Below are positions 12,826 through 25,183 of a DNA stretch of 64,000 nt, piece after piece. Every line of letters starts with the position of its first letter. The stretch's first letter is position 1. The notes under the pieces were generated by a model. That model was not told where the DNA came from. It did not search any database and worked only from the letters and a program-made list of their open reading frames with translations. The translations under genes were made by a program, and so were the position numbers. This DNA comes from Heptranchias perlo (lineage: Eukaryota): contig NC_090333.1 in assembly GCF_035084215.1 (NCBI RefSeq), positions 33,666,001-33,730,000 of the forward strand, written 5' to 3'.

Positions 12826-13780
12826 ATAAGAGAACATATACAAGAATTAAATTATTGAGTGAGGAATATATCAGTCCTGAAGAAATCCTTTAAAAGAAAT
12901 GTCATCTATCAGCAATGATTATTTTAACTTCAATTAGAGAACGCTAATCTTAAAAGATGAGTCAACCTTTATTACACAAGCAAGCAGTCAGTTACTAGGT
13001 GAGGTAGGAGCTGCACATAACCACAAAAGAATCAGATCTAACACAAAAGATAAGGAATAAACTATTAATGTTAATTGAGTGAATTACAACTTTTATTCGC
13101 AACCTGGCAAAATGTTTTGATTCTCAGCTCATCAAAGTTGGAAAGTATAGTAACTCATCTCTGGTTAGTTGGCAAATTGAATTTTGTAGCCCTTGTCTGC
13201 TATGAAAAGGAGTATCACACTTCAATTACATTCAAGATGAATGGCTATACAACTTAATAGTGAGATTCAGTAGACAGTCATGGAAAAGACCAATATACAA
13301 AATGTACCAGAAAACACAGAGTGTTACTGTGAAATTAATGGGCTTATAGGTTAAGTAAAGAAACTGACAAATTATCCAAATTCAATGTAAGAATAGTTCA
13401 GAAACGATGCATAGTGTATAAATGCAAATGTAATACATTTTTCTTAGTGGATATTCCACAGCGTTGCTCATAATACATTGAGGGATACACTTTTCTAAAA
13501 AAAAGACAGGCATATTATATCTTGTTGTACACAATGCAGTACTCTCCTAAGGGGGAATCTTTATGTAACCTGGCCGATCCCCTAAGGTCACAAGATCTTA
13601 TTGCTGTAAGTAAGTAAATTGAGATTAATTAGGGGGTATTTTATGTTCCTGCGGAAGCTTCTTTGAAACAAGCAGGAAATTACTTTTTCTTTTGCATGTG
13701 TGACAAAGTGAGACACTGAAGTGTGATGGACACTTGTTTTTTTAAAAAATACTAACGGACCTCTTGTGTTATTAGTAAAG

Positions 13781-13899
13781 CACTGGGGAACTAACCCACT
13801 TCCTGAAGGTGTGATTAGAAATCCAATATCATAGACATCACTGGGGAACTAACCCATTTCCTGAAGATGTGATTAGAAATCGAATATCATAGACATCAC
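13781..13899. repeat. Tandem duplication, 58-bp period, 2 copies
   Basis: cactggggaactaaccca(c/t)ttcctgaag(g/a)tgtgattagaaatc(c/g)aatatcatagacat starts at 13781 and again at 13839. Confidence 0.9.
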
Positions 13900-14849
13900 A
13901 TCTACAGGTTGCAGCAACGAAGCAAGATGGATTTGTGTTAATACTTTAATAGCCAACCCATTTGGATGGCTATGACCAGACAGCTGTTGGTATTGTTCTA
14001 AAGATATAGGAAAGTGATACAGTCCATCCAAAATGCGAGAAACAGTTTAATATGATCCCAGGAATGAGTCAAGCTTTTCAATTTGAATCTGCTGACCCAC
14101 AAGGAGGTGTGGACCTTGACCAGCAAGCATCCTCTGTGTTTTTATCACGTTTACAGCCTCATCAAATTGCAAGATACATATTTTGATTTCTTTTACTCCT
14201 GGTTAACTTCAAACAAAACAGAAGGTATATCTCTAGTCTACCAGTTCCTTTGAAGTTATCACGATAGTGGCTGGAGACTCTGTGGGCCAGACAAAACCCC
14301 ACGTATAAAAGTTACGATAGACATAAATCTGGGTTTAGTATCAGTAGAGTCAGCTGAGCGTTTCATCTTTTCTTTTTTCATAACCAAGGAGATAGCATGT
14401 TAAAAGTGCTGCAAAAAGACAGCAAACTGTATTGCCTTTGCCACTGCTTATGTTTTTTTATATAACCCATTATCTATAGCCCAAATCACAATATATTATT
14501 CAAGCTACCACTTTGGGGGTGCACGAGGGCAAAAAACAGCAGGCACAAGAATTCAATAAATCATATAAATCCAACTGGTTCGCTAATATCCTTCAAGGAA
14601 AAGAGCCTCCTACCCCCATCTCATCTGGCCTACAGTCCACTGCAGACTCACACTACATGGTTGACAATCCAAATGTATTACATCTACTGCATCACCCTTG
14701 TCTAGCCTTTCTGTTACTGAATTCTTTGAAGAAGTAAGGTTGGTCAAGCATAACCTTCCCTTTTGAAATCCGTAGTGACTATTCTTCATTATATTTTCAG
14801 TTTCTAGATGTTTTTCTATTACATCTTTGAGTAAGGAGGCAACTTAGGA

Positions 14850-15070
14850 CGCGCCTTACGTTGTGTGGATGGGAGGAGGAAGCTAAAAAGGGACATGGAC
14901 AGAATGAGTGAGTGGGAAAAACAATGGCAGAGTTCAATGTGGGGAAGTGTGAGGTCTTCCATTTCGGATCAGAGAAAGGTAAATCAGAATATTTTCTTAA
15001 TGGTGAAAGACTAGGGAGTTGTGGAGAAGCAAAGGGAGTTAGGTGTCCATATACACAAATCACTAAAGCT
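14850..15070 (+). mobile_element. Short CR1 RT fragment
   Basis: EFNVGKCEVFHFGSEKGKSEYFLNGERL. Confidence 0.7.
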
Positions 15071-17140
15071 AGTGCAGAGAGTCCAATCTTTTTGTTTTTG
15101 TGGGCCTCAGTTGTCTATAATGAGCCTCAGGGACCACAGAAAGAAAAATCCATGTTCCCATTAATTTGCATACATCACAACTTGCTGATAATAACAAATC
15201 TTGACATTCTGATTTAGGGTTCATCCACCAATGAGGCAAAAGTGGATGAATAGCCCTTTCCAAATTTCCAGGCCCATAAAATTCAAATAGGACAAACCAG
15301 CAAATAAGGAATAACTGCAAATCAGAGTTGCCTGTGCTTGGGATTGGGGGCGGGGGGGTTTAAATGCCCAAGGACACTCGTCCAACCAAACTACAAGGGG
15401 AGTTTCTTCTGCATAAGAAGTTGAGCTGATATAAAATTTAATTTAGCATGAATTTAAAAATATACATCAAAATTAATCTGCAAATTAGAAGAAAAAACTA
15501 CTTTTTTTTTTAAAAAAGGCTATTGTGCAATACAGGTAAGTCGTAATACAGCGAAGTCTCAGAAGTCACTTCCAGAAGACCATACCTGCACCCTCAATCC
15601 CATCCCAACGACACAATTACTTTTCCTCACCTCAATGCTTGCTGACATCATCAACTCTTTTCCTCGAGCACTGCTTTCCCCATCGTTACCATCCCCGCTT
15701 TTAAATTTCAACCTCCCAAAAGCCTCCCATTCTCTCCAACTGCTGCCCATCTCTAACCTCCTTTGCTTCTCTAAAAGTCCTCCAGGTCAGCGTTACCTCT
15801 CTCTGTTTGACTCTTTTCAGTCAGTTTCCGCCATGCCTTCACCATCCTGATCTAAGTCACCAACAATACCCTCTAGAAGTGCAAGTTTGTCTCATTATCC
15901 CTCCATCCAAAATGAATAACCACTCCAGCATCTGCCACCATCTCTTTTGTGTGGTCATAATCTATGCAACCACCCTCTATAAACCACCAGGACAGGTTAG
16001 AGAGTGCATCTCTAAATGGGACTGACAATTGAGATAGCTTTTGAAGAAGTATACACTGTTGCATATAGATAAACCCAAATTTCTTGGATTTTCCCCACAA
16101 TTTTAGTAGAGTAAAAAGCTATAGACTCTGGAGTAATAAGATTTTTGATTAAAAAAACATACTTCACCAAATTCAAAAATTACCAGGTCAACACTCCCAG
16201 GACCACTCTGGAAATGCAATAGGTTTGTGTTTTGTCGGAGCGTGTACAATTCTAAATTTGCTGCCTACAGCTCTCATATAAATGCACATTGTTGTTAAAA
16301 ATCACGAGATGTATATTGAAATAATTTCAATTTGGATTCAATTGAAGTTAATGTATTGGTAACATAGAAGCGGATAATAATGCAAGTAGAATAAAACTTC
16401 CATTAAGTACTGATGTTTTTGTCAATATAATCGGAACCCAATACAAGCAAATGCAAATGAGCATGACTGCGTTACGTATGACACCATACACAAACATCTA
16501 ATAACATTACAGTTTGCCTCATTTATGATCCTTCGCATATGAGGAAAATGTAGCATTGTAGGTGAGATAATTTTCCACACTACTAGAAATGGCAGTCGTG
16601 GGTGGCTCAGCGCGCAGACAAGAACCAGCAGCCTCGTCTCAAATGTGTTACTCACGTTATTTCACACATTTATTGTGAAAAAAGGAATCTGAACTGGAGC
16701 TTCCAGCCTTTTCAGTAACAATAAGTGCTAACGAGCAAGTGTTGAGCATATAAAATAATTATTCGAAGCAGATTTATACACTGAATAATTTAAACAGCGC
16801 GAAACCTTTCGTATTTTAATTTTTTTAAAAAAAAACAATCCACATTGCGTTGCATAAATGAGCTCTGGAGTAACAAACACTGGATGCAAGTTTAGGCCAC
16901 AAAAACAAATGTCACGACAAAAAAAAAAATAAAGTGACAAATGATTAAACCTCTTCTACTTTACTCGGCGCAGCGGAGAAAAGAAAAAAAATATTTTACG
17001 TTTGGTCACAAAATCCAACAACAACAAAAGAACAGAAGACGGCGTAACGCGGTTGGTGAAGCCCACGATGATAATAACAACAAACACGGGCCAAAATGGC
17101 GACAAAGCAGGCTGCAGGGTAATAACATTGGCTGCCTTAC

Positions 17141-17450
17141 CTCCAAGGGGAAGAATCAGGAGACGGCAAATGGGCAGTGTCGGCCTCCACTTCTTCTCTG
17201 AGTGTGAGGGGAGGGAGGAGAAGGGGGGAGGAAGGGGTTTGGCTTTTTGTCTCTCGAGTTGTGTCGGTGAACCGAACGTGTTGCCGATTATTATTCTCTT
17301 TTTGTTTTGTTTGTATCGCCGACTCTAAAGCCGCTGCCGACTGCTGTGCGCCGCAGTTTTTTTCTCTCTCTCTCTCCTCCTCCTCCTCCTCTCTGGTGCT
17401 CGCGCTCGATGCTCCGCTCGCTCACGCGGGGATTCCACGCTCTCCACCAA
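17141..17450 (-). other. GPBP1L1: Probable non-coding first exon of a minus-strand gene (likely GPBP1L1 by synteny with TMEM69-IPP); 5' boundary approximate
   Basis: CpG-rich island with GA/GGA-rich leader and a strong minus-strand donor GAG|gtaagg at 17141/17140. No GPBP1L1 coding sequence was seen, so the identity is inference from the human gene order GPBP1L1-TMEM69-IPP. Confidence 0.45.
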
Positions 17451-17585
17451 AACACGGAAGGAAGCGTCTGCGAGGGCGTCACGTGCCGCTCGGCCCTCTG
17501 ATGATGTCACAAGCAATTCCGAATTGTGCTGGTGCGCGCATCATCGCACCCGGGGAGGTTGAATCATCAGCTGGCCAATTTGTTT
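17450..17585. promoter_or_regulatory. CpG-island promoter motifs
   Basis: ETS-like cacggaaggaag (about 17453-17464), E-box gtcacgtg (17478-17485), CRE-like tgatgtca (17502-17509), NRF1-like tgcgcgca (17533-17540), CCAAT at about 17575. A YY1-like aaaatggcg lies at about 17093. Confidence 0.55.
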
Positions 17586-17605
17586 AACTGTTTCCCACTA
17601 TCACC

Positions 17606-17972
17606 TCCGTACAGTTAAGCTGCCTGAAAACTGTCTGTCTCTTCCTTCCTTCTTTCCTTGCTGTCTTTCTCTTCCTTCCGGATGTTTCTATGTTTCTGCC
17701 TCTCTCTTGTTTGTTTTTTTTTTGTTGTTGTTTGTATATTTGGTGGCCCTGCAGGTAACACCTCTCTGTCTGAACACTTTGATTGCCTTGGCAACGGGCA
17801 GTTGGAAAGACTATCTGTAATCACCAGGTATTTTTCTGTGATTTATAAATGCGAAAGGTTCGAGGATTTCATTTCCACATTCACCTGAGGAAGGAGGAAG
17901 CCTCCGAAAGCTTGTGATTTTCAAATAAAATTGTTGGACTATAACTTGGTGTTGTAAAATTGTTTACAATTG
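17606..17972 (+). mobile_element. Penelope-like element 3' end (pLTR-type) with hammerhead motif
   Basis: It ends in the same arm sequence as the other mini-elements (aaataaaattgttggactataacttggtgttgtaaaattgtttacaattg). The 5' boundary is approximate. Confidence 0.75.
17881..17917 (+). ncRNA. Minimal type I hammerhead ribozyme motif
   Basis: tcac-CTGAGGA-a-ggagg/aag/cctcc-GAAA-gctt-gtga. Confidence 0.7.
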
Positions 17973-18199
17973 AAAACAAGGGGGGGTGGGGAGGGGTGAG
18001 ATTGAGCAATGTAAGAAAAAAGCACTCGCAAGCTTGCAGTGTTTTTTTTTCTCTTACATTGCTCAATTTTTCCCCACTCTTGTTTTCTTGCGTTCTCCCA
18101 CATTATTTGGTGGAAGTGGCAGGGGACAGTGCAGGCTGAGCGTGCAAGACGCTGCACCATGTCTTTCTTGATAAGCCAGATGGTCTTTTCTTATCCTTT

Positions 18200-19135
18200 G
18201 TTATAGCTATTTCTCCTCATCCTTCTCGACCTAATCTGCAGCCTTGGGCACGGTTGACCACACCACCCTCCTCCAACGCCTCTCCGTCGTCCAGCTGGGT
18301 GGGACTGTGCTCGCCTGGTTCCATTCTTATCCGTCCAGTCGTATGCAGCGAATCACATGCGACGGCTTCTCTTCCCCCTCCCGCAGAGTTACCTCTGGAG
18401 TCCCCCAAGGCTCTATCCTTCGCCCCCTCCTATTTCTCATCTTTATGCTGCCCCTCGGCGACATCATCCAAAAAACACATCAGATTCCACATGTACGCTG
18501 ATGTCACCCAGCTCTACCTCACCACCACCTCCCTCGACTCCTCACCATCTCTCATCTGTCACATTGCGTGTCCGACAACCAGTTGTGGAAGAACAAAAAT
18601 TTCCTCCAACTGAATATTGGGAAGACCGAAGCCATTGTCTTCGGTCCTTGCAGCAAACTCTGTTCCCTAGCCACTGACTCCATCCCTCTCCCTGGCCACT
18701 GTCTGAGGCAAGACCAGACCGTTCGCAAATGTGGCATCTTATTTGATCCGGAGATGAGCTTCCGAACACATATCCGCTTCATCACCAAGACCACCTACTT
18801 CCACCTCCTTAACATCACCCGTCTCTGCCCCTGCCTCAGCTCATCTGCTGCTGAAATGCTCATCCATGCCTTTGTTACCTCTGGACTGGAATATTCCAAT
18901 AGTCTCCTGGCTGGCCTCCCATCTTCCACCCTCCATAAACTTGAGCTCATCCAAAACTCTGCTGCCCGTGTCCTAACTCGCACCACGTCCCGTTCTCCCA
19001 TCACCTATGCTCACTGACCTACAATCGGCTCCCGGTCCAGGAACGCCTCGATTTTAAAATTCTCATCCTTGTTTTCAAATCCCTCCATGGCCTCGCCCCC
19101 CCTACCTCTAACCTCCTCCAATCCTACAACCCCCT
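18200..19135 (+). mobile_element. L2-clade LINE RT fragment
   Basis: TVDHTTLLQRL, SGVPQGSILRPLLF, FHMYADVTQLY, NFLQLNIGKTE, HAFVTSGLEYSNSLLAGLP...ELIQNSAARVL. Confidence 0.9.
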
Positions 19136-20739
19136 GAAGAAACTCTTTTCTGGTAAGAATGATGGAGGCAAGAAGGAATGTGGGAAAAACACCCCATTTT
19201 GAGGATGACCATCTTGGAGATTCTGATGCAGGAAGTTAAAGCTGCTCGGGTGTAGTTTTTGGAGTGAGTGAATGGAGCATCTCAAGTCCTGGGAGCAAAT
19301 GAGGAAGGTATTTTGCAGTATCAGGAGTAGCAAAGAAAGTGCAACCCACATTCCTTCTTGCGCATATTATTTTGCGAATGAGGAATAGTTCACATGGCAT
19401 AAATCAAAATTGTGAGGTGCAGCACCATCAGACAAACTTTTCTTATTTTCAAAACACTTTTTTGTTCTTTCTAAAAGGCATTCGAACCTGAAACCTTTGT
19501 AACATATCTTACTTTCTCAATTTGTTTTCGAACGTAAGTCAATGTTTTAATCTACACATTTAATAAAGTTCAGAATCTCTGCTGAGTTCTTTTGCAGATG
19601 CAAACAACACAACCTAAATGCTCATCATAATCATGTAACCACTCAATATAAGGAGTCACACTTTTATCGGGAGAAAGACTGTGTTGAATAATACTAATAC
19701 TTAGCTTTTGAAGGCTGTGTTTTAATCATCATTTTATTATTGTGACAAATCTTTCACATTGTACATAACAGAAAAAAAACTTTACACAGGATAGTGATAA
19801 AATCATTCTCCCACTTTGCACAACCAAAGTTATTGAACATAATCCTGCATATAATTACAAGTAATGTGTACATGGGAGGGATTATAATAAAAATCACATC
19901 TGTGTTCTAAAATGTGACTTGTTTGACATTGGATTATTTTCAGTATTCAATCTCACCTTCTATGTATTCTCTATATATATTTAACAAGGTTATTGATTTC
20001 CCCTTTGTTTTAAAACTATTATGTCCTTGTAAACCCCTGATTTTGTGTTAAACAAAACCTTTTGAAATTGTGGGCAGAAAAAAAATGTGCATAATTTTCC
20101 CTCGGCTGATAAAATCAATCGTGCCTTCAGGCAGGGGAGCCTGTACTCCTACCTGGTCTGGCCTGTACGTGACTCCTGTCCTTTAACATAATATTGACTA
20201 AATCAATTGGGTGGAATCCATGTTGAGGTTGATTGATACACAGACTAGGGAAGAAATGGGCTTGATGGGATGGGCCAAATTACCAGGGTTTTCTTCTTCC
20301 GACCCTTTTCACGTTCTCGGTCTTTCAGCAACTTTGCAGCATCCAAGCTTTGACCTAAGTTGTGTGATTTTCAAACAGCTCCATTCAGGCATTGGTTCAA
20401 CATTTCCTCAGCTGCTTATTAGTTCAGTACAAACAATCTGAAACCGGAGACCAAAAAAAAAACCCCCTGCTAATCACTGAAAATCAATCAATGACAATAA
20501 ATGAATCGTGCAGCAGCATCCGAAAGAGGAAACAGTGTGGAGATGACGACAATTATGCCGAAAGACCTGCTGTGCATTTCCAGTTTTTAAACCTAAAACT
20601 AGAAGCAAACTGCACAAACATTTTTCAGATCATTCTGCTCTTCCACGAGGCGCGAGAACTCAGCTGCCCTGAGTCAACATATTAACAATTGATGGTGAGG
20701 GACTTTGGAGCAGACAAGTTCACTCAGCTCCCCCTCCCT

Positions 20740-20944
20740 CTCAGCCCGGAACTGAATTGCAATGATAATGATGAATGATGAATGATGGTGAATGACCCGG
20801 AAAGGAACACATTGGTTGGCTTGATGCTGCTCAGGGTCCTCTGACTTTCCCCCGCTGGCTCAGGCGCTTGGTTTTAATTTTGCACGTTGTTAAGTTTTGG
20901 TACGTTTGTTTGTTGGTTGATTTCGACTGTCTTTGTGGGCGGAG
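20740..20944 (+). other. TMEM69: Probable TMEM69 promoter and non-coding first exon
   Basis: ETS-like ccggaa motifs at about 20746 and 20797, and a consensus donor GAG|gtaagt at 20944/20945 upstream of the first coding exon. Confidence 0.5.
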
Positions 20945-21209
20945 GTAAGTGTGAACCCTGATGTGTGTTTCTCTTTAGTTCTCATATATATCATGGGCAG
21001 GGAGAGATCAGTCACCTCCATTGGGTCAGCACAGTCCGCGGCCGGGGGGGTGTTTCTGTCATTCTCAAACATCACTCGTTATCGTTGGGGGTGACGCCGT
21101 GTCATTAGTTTAATGGGGTGACTCAATCTGATGGCTGGCACTTTGAAAGTTGAACACACCACCATTCCATGTGTTTTAAATGAGTCTGTAATCGGTCTCA
21201 TTCTTTTAT

Positions 21210-21231
21210 TTATATATATATATATATATAT
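21210..21231. repeat. (TA)n microsatellite
   Basis: tatatatatatatatatatat run. Confidence 0.9.
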
Positions 21232-21807
21232 GTTGGCAGCTATGGGCAAAGTTTCAATCATTTGCAATGTTCAGGGAAGTTTGATGAAGTTTATTCAATT
21301 GAATTACTGCAATATCCCTAAGTCTTGTATAGGGAGGTATCTGACCACACAGCATTGATTTTAGGAAGTGCTTTTAGAGGGGGCGAGGAACAGGTTGGTG
21401 CTTGGGATGGGGACCCCTTGTTGGAAAACTGAGAGCAGGATGGTCTGCATCCTTGGTGTCGACTGGCTCTTTTCATCCATCAGCTACTAGAGACTGCTCC
21501 ATTTTGCCAGTTTTTTATGTTTCCCTTTCTAACTACCTGTCCGTCTTTAGCTATTCACACACTCTCCTGTGTCTCAGGTATGGCCTTTTATTTCTCTCAT
21601 CATATCTCACTTTGCTTCATGCAAATATCATTTCTGCCATTTAGCCATCTTCTGTGCTCCACTTAAGCACTTTAACACTATGGTATTTAACTCCAATATG
21701 CTTTCAAATCAGCTTTAGAAAGTGCTCAGTGGCTCCTTTCTCCTTCGGCACTTTTTAAACCTAACTGGAGTTGATATACATATTCAGAAAATGCTTTCAC
21801 CTGGCCA

Positions 21808-22210
21808 GAAAGAATTTGTATTTATATAGCATCTTTCATGGCTTCCCAAAGTACTTTACAACCAATGATGTATTTTTGAAGTGTAGTCACTGTTGTAATG
21901 TAGGGAAATGTGGCAGCTAATTTGTGTACAGTAAGGTCCCACAAACAATGAGGTAAATGACCAGGTAATCTGTTTTCGTGATGTTGGTTGAGGGATAAAT
22001 GTTGGCAAGGACACCAAGACAACTTCATTGCTAGTCTCTGAATAGTGCCGTGGGATCTTTTATGTCCACCTGAGGCGTGGTTTAACATTTAATCCAAAAG
22101 ACAGTACTCCCTCAGGACTACATTGAGGTGTCAGCCTAGATTATGTGCCCATGTCTCTGGCTTGAACCCACAACCTTCTGACTCTGAGGTGAGAGTGCAA
22201 GCACTGAGCA
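21808..22210 (-). mobile_element. tRNA-headed SINE with L2-like tail (resembles DeuSINE/SacSINE1 type)
   Basis: The minus strand shows a B-box-like ggttcaagcc, a central ccaacatttatccctcaaccaacatcac domain, and the tail tgctatataaatacaaattcttt. Tail fragments recur at about 40965-41095 and 62895-63060. Confidence 0.65.
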
Positions 22211-23161
22211 AAGGAAGAATTGCAATTCAAGCCAGCAAATATAAATGAGTGTGTGAGACCTGTAGCTTCAGTATAAATGCACCATTTGAGTATTGTAAGA
22301 GTCCTCAAGATTGCAGTGTTAGTTTACTAAACAGATAACAGACGTGTGCAAATCTTATGTTCACTTGCAACAATGCACCAGCTGCCCTTTGTTACTGTTT
22401 TGGGCTTTACAACTATAAATTGAATCCAGATTGGGAATAGGGATTTTTCCACATTCAGCATTTTGCATGTAGGGCAGGAGTAATAATACCATTAGGGAGA
22501 ATGGATGTTCTAAAAGCATAATGAGAGTCTTGCACCATTATCTAAAGTGCCACCTTTGGCTAACATTTACATCTCTTTTTCCTGCTGTCAGCAGTGAGGT
22601 AATTTTCCACCCAGCTATGCTTCTGCACATTGTGAAGGATGTTTTCATTTGAAGAATGAGGAAGACCTTATAATATTAGTAAATCTATTTTAGAATTCTC
22701 CTGTTCAGCTATGGCTTGTAATTATATTTGTAACATCACTTGAATGCTTGAATTGTTCTTTGTGATTTTTCCATCAGGGGAGTTCAGTACAAAATAGCCA
22801 TTCCAAGCCTGCATCCAAAATGCTATTTTGAAGTATAAAATAAGTTAAGAACTGGAAACCAAGAGGTACCAGTAAATGCACAGGCAGTTAATTATATCGT
22901 TTAAAACTATAGAACAACAGGGAAAATGCTTTCCCTTTGCTAAGTGGTGATGGGAATAAAAGTATCTAAATTCAAAGTGTTGTTGAGCCAAACATGAGTT
23001 CATCAAATTAAAGCTTAGGCCACCAAGGCTCTATCTGGTAAGTTTAATTCAATTTCTAAAAATACCCTTGCTTTCACTAACAGTACTAGAATGATACAGT
23101 CAATTATATAGACATATTTTAAGACTTTTTTTTCATTTTTTGCAGGGGTCCTGCCCTGAAG

Positions 23162-23206
23162 ATGTTTGCTTTTTTGGTGACGAGATGCTTTCGAACAACT
23201 AGCAAA
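23162..23206 (+). CDS. TMEM69: TMEM69 coding exon 1 (MFAFLVTRCFRTTSK); exon starts at 23146
   Basis: Polypyrimidine tract plus tgcag acceptor (23145), ATG at 23162, donor AAA|gtaagt at 23206/23207. Phase 0 matches the next exon. Confidence 0.75.
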
Positions 23207-23696
23207 GTAAGTGTCAAACATGCTTAAAGAATACATTTGTTGGCACTACACAAACAAGGTTTGAGAATACTGTGCAGAGCTTTAACTTTTCCAGTAAACA
23301 ATGCAGTAGCAAAAATAAATGTCAAAACAAAAATATAGCCCAGAAGTGCTCAAGTCAATGCAGAAATACAATTGGAGAGCATCCATTTTGGTAAAGGCTT
23401 GTTCAAAAGATAAACATACATTTGTATTTTAATTCAAACTGCTGGTGGGTCCAAACCAAGAAACTCAACTATCTAAAAATATAGTCAATTCTTTTTTGAA
23501 GTTAATAAAGTACAAAAGATTGCAACCAATAATAAAGTGCTGATATGGCAATGGGATAGGGTGGGGACCAAGATCAGCAGTTGGAGAAACGTTGAACCTG
23601 CAGGATCTTTTGAAGCCATTGCTTTGTTGTGATTTTTCTTGCTCCCTGAAGGAGAAATTGCTAATCTCTGGGCATGAGGGAAGCCGAGGAATCAGC

Positions 23697-24000
23697 AGCA
23701 ATAACTTAAACTTACACAGTGCCTTTCATGTAACAAACATTCAAAAGCTACTTCACAGGGGACTGGAGGACACCTAGCAGGAAGTGGAAGAGAAATTAGA
23801 TGAGGTGACTGAAAGTGCAGTTGAAGAGATGGGTTTTGAATATCGGGAAAGATGTGGCAAGGCAGGGAGGTTTAGGAAGAGGGTTCCAGAGTGTATGGCA
23901 ATGTTGGATACAAGTTTTGCCACAATGGCTGAGCTGTAGGGTTGAAGAATATTGCAGAGTAAGGATGCAGTGAAGCCATGGAAGGTTTTGGAAACCATTG
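23697..24000 (-). mobile_element. Degenerate L2 3' fragment
   Basis: Similar to the L2 3' end at 59291-60088 (SKTFHGFTASLLCNILQPY). Confidence 0.55.
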
Positions 24001-24299
24001 CAAGGATGTTACAATCAGTGTGGGTCCAGTTTAACGCAAACAGTCAGGAAAAGGAATGAAATCAATGTGACGCAAAGTTTCTGGTGTCAGCTGAACAGAA
24101 TATATTGTCTTGGCGATACAGAGCTGGAAAAAGTTGTATATCATACAGGATTTGATGGCCCACAGCTTGGTAGCCATAGTGGAATCAGAGGTGATAGCAG
24201 AGAGTTGACATGCATATACAAGCTGACCACAAGTTATAGATTGCTTATGGGCAGTAGAGAACTATAAAACCACTGCTGACCAGTGTAAATGTACTGCCC

Positions 24300-24690
24300 A
24301 GTGTGGAACCGAGTCATGCGGCACACAAAGATCCCAGGTTCAATCCCTGGTCTGAACTGAGTTAACTGATCACAGACAGTTCGGCAATTGATGTTCTGGA
24401 ATTGGCCTCTGGGCTAGGGTGGGAAAACAGTCAGCAAGAGTTTCTGTTCCTGATTGCTATCTCGTGACCAATGGTTAAAAAGTGTGAGTGTGTTGATATC
24501 AAGTAAGGACAGAATCTGACCTGCCTGTGAGGCGCCCCTGATTTTGAATAGCGTGATGACACTCATTGTCTAGGCTCATACATAAATAGCGATTTGGGTG
24601 ATAGTGGATGACGTGTCACATCTATGCAGCCATGGTCCATTAAATATTAGCACCTTTGACAGGAGGGTAGGAATGATGGGGAAAGATGAA
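24300..24690 (+). mobile_element. Old SINE-like interspersed repeat
   Basis: B-box-like ccaggttcaatccc and the motif gttcctgattgctatc. Related degenerate copies at about 38290-38620 and 40475-40810. Confidence 0.5.
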
Positions 24691-25183
24691 CTGGTCCTGT
24701 TCTCAAGCACCACCAACTGACTGGTTTAAGAACCACAATCGACTGGAACAGGTCATTTGTTTGTCATTTGATGTGGGAGATGTACATGGCACAGTGGGCT
24801 GAAAGGGATTAGAAACATTGTTTATAGTGGAGTTGAAGGAAAAAGTCTGTGTCCCGCTGCTGCAAGCTATGGAAGCATAGTGCATGTAATAATCTAATTT
24901 GTTACTATTAGGGTGTGCATGGAAAAAGCACTTCCACCTCCTGTCTGTCTGGTTAATGCGTATGTTTTTGATAGCACCAGCATCCAGCTCAAGTGTAAAC
25001 AGAACTTGTAAGTCAGTAAATCTGATAACCCAGTCCTTTGAGCCTTGTTGAATCAAAGTATAGCAGACCTGAGAAATAGGATTGTACAATTTTATGTGTT
25101 ACCAGAATCATAATTTAAACTGATCAATTGTGGTTTGTAATTCTGAAAAGTTCCTCCTCCTTGCACAGGAAAAAATGGTATCT

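Noticed and set aside
1-17140. GPBP1L1 coding exons
   Set aside because: No recognisable vasculin-like peptide (e.g. MAQHDF...) was found. Isolated minus-strand donor-like sites (about 2041 and 16655) could not be tied to supported exons.
20760-20796. Repeated ATGATGA as a C/D snoRNA box C
   Set aside because: It is a low-complexity (AATG/ATG)n repeat with no convincing terminal stem and D-box arrangement.
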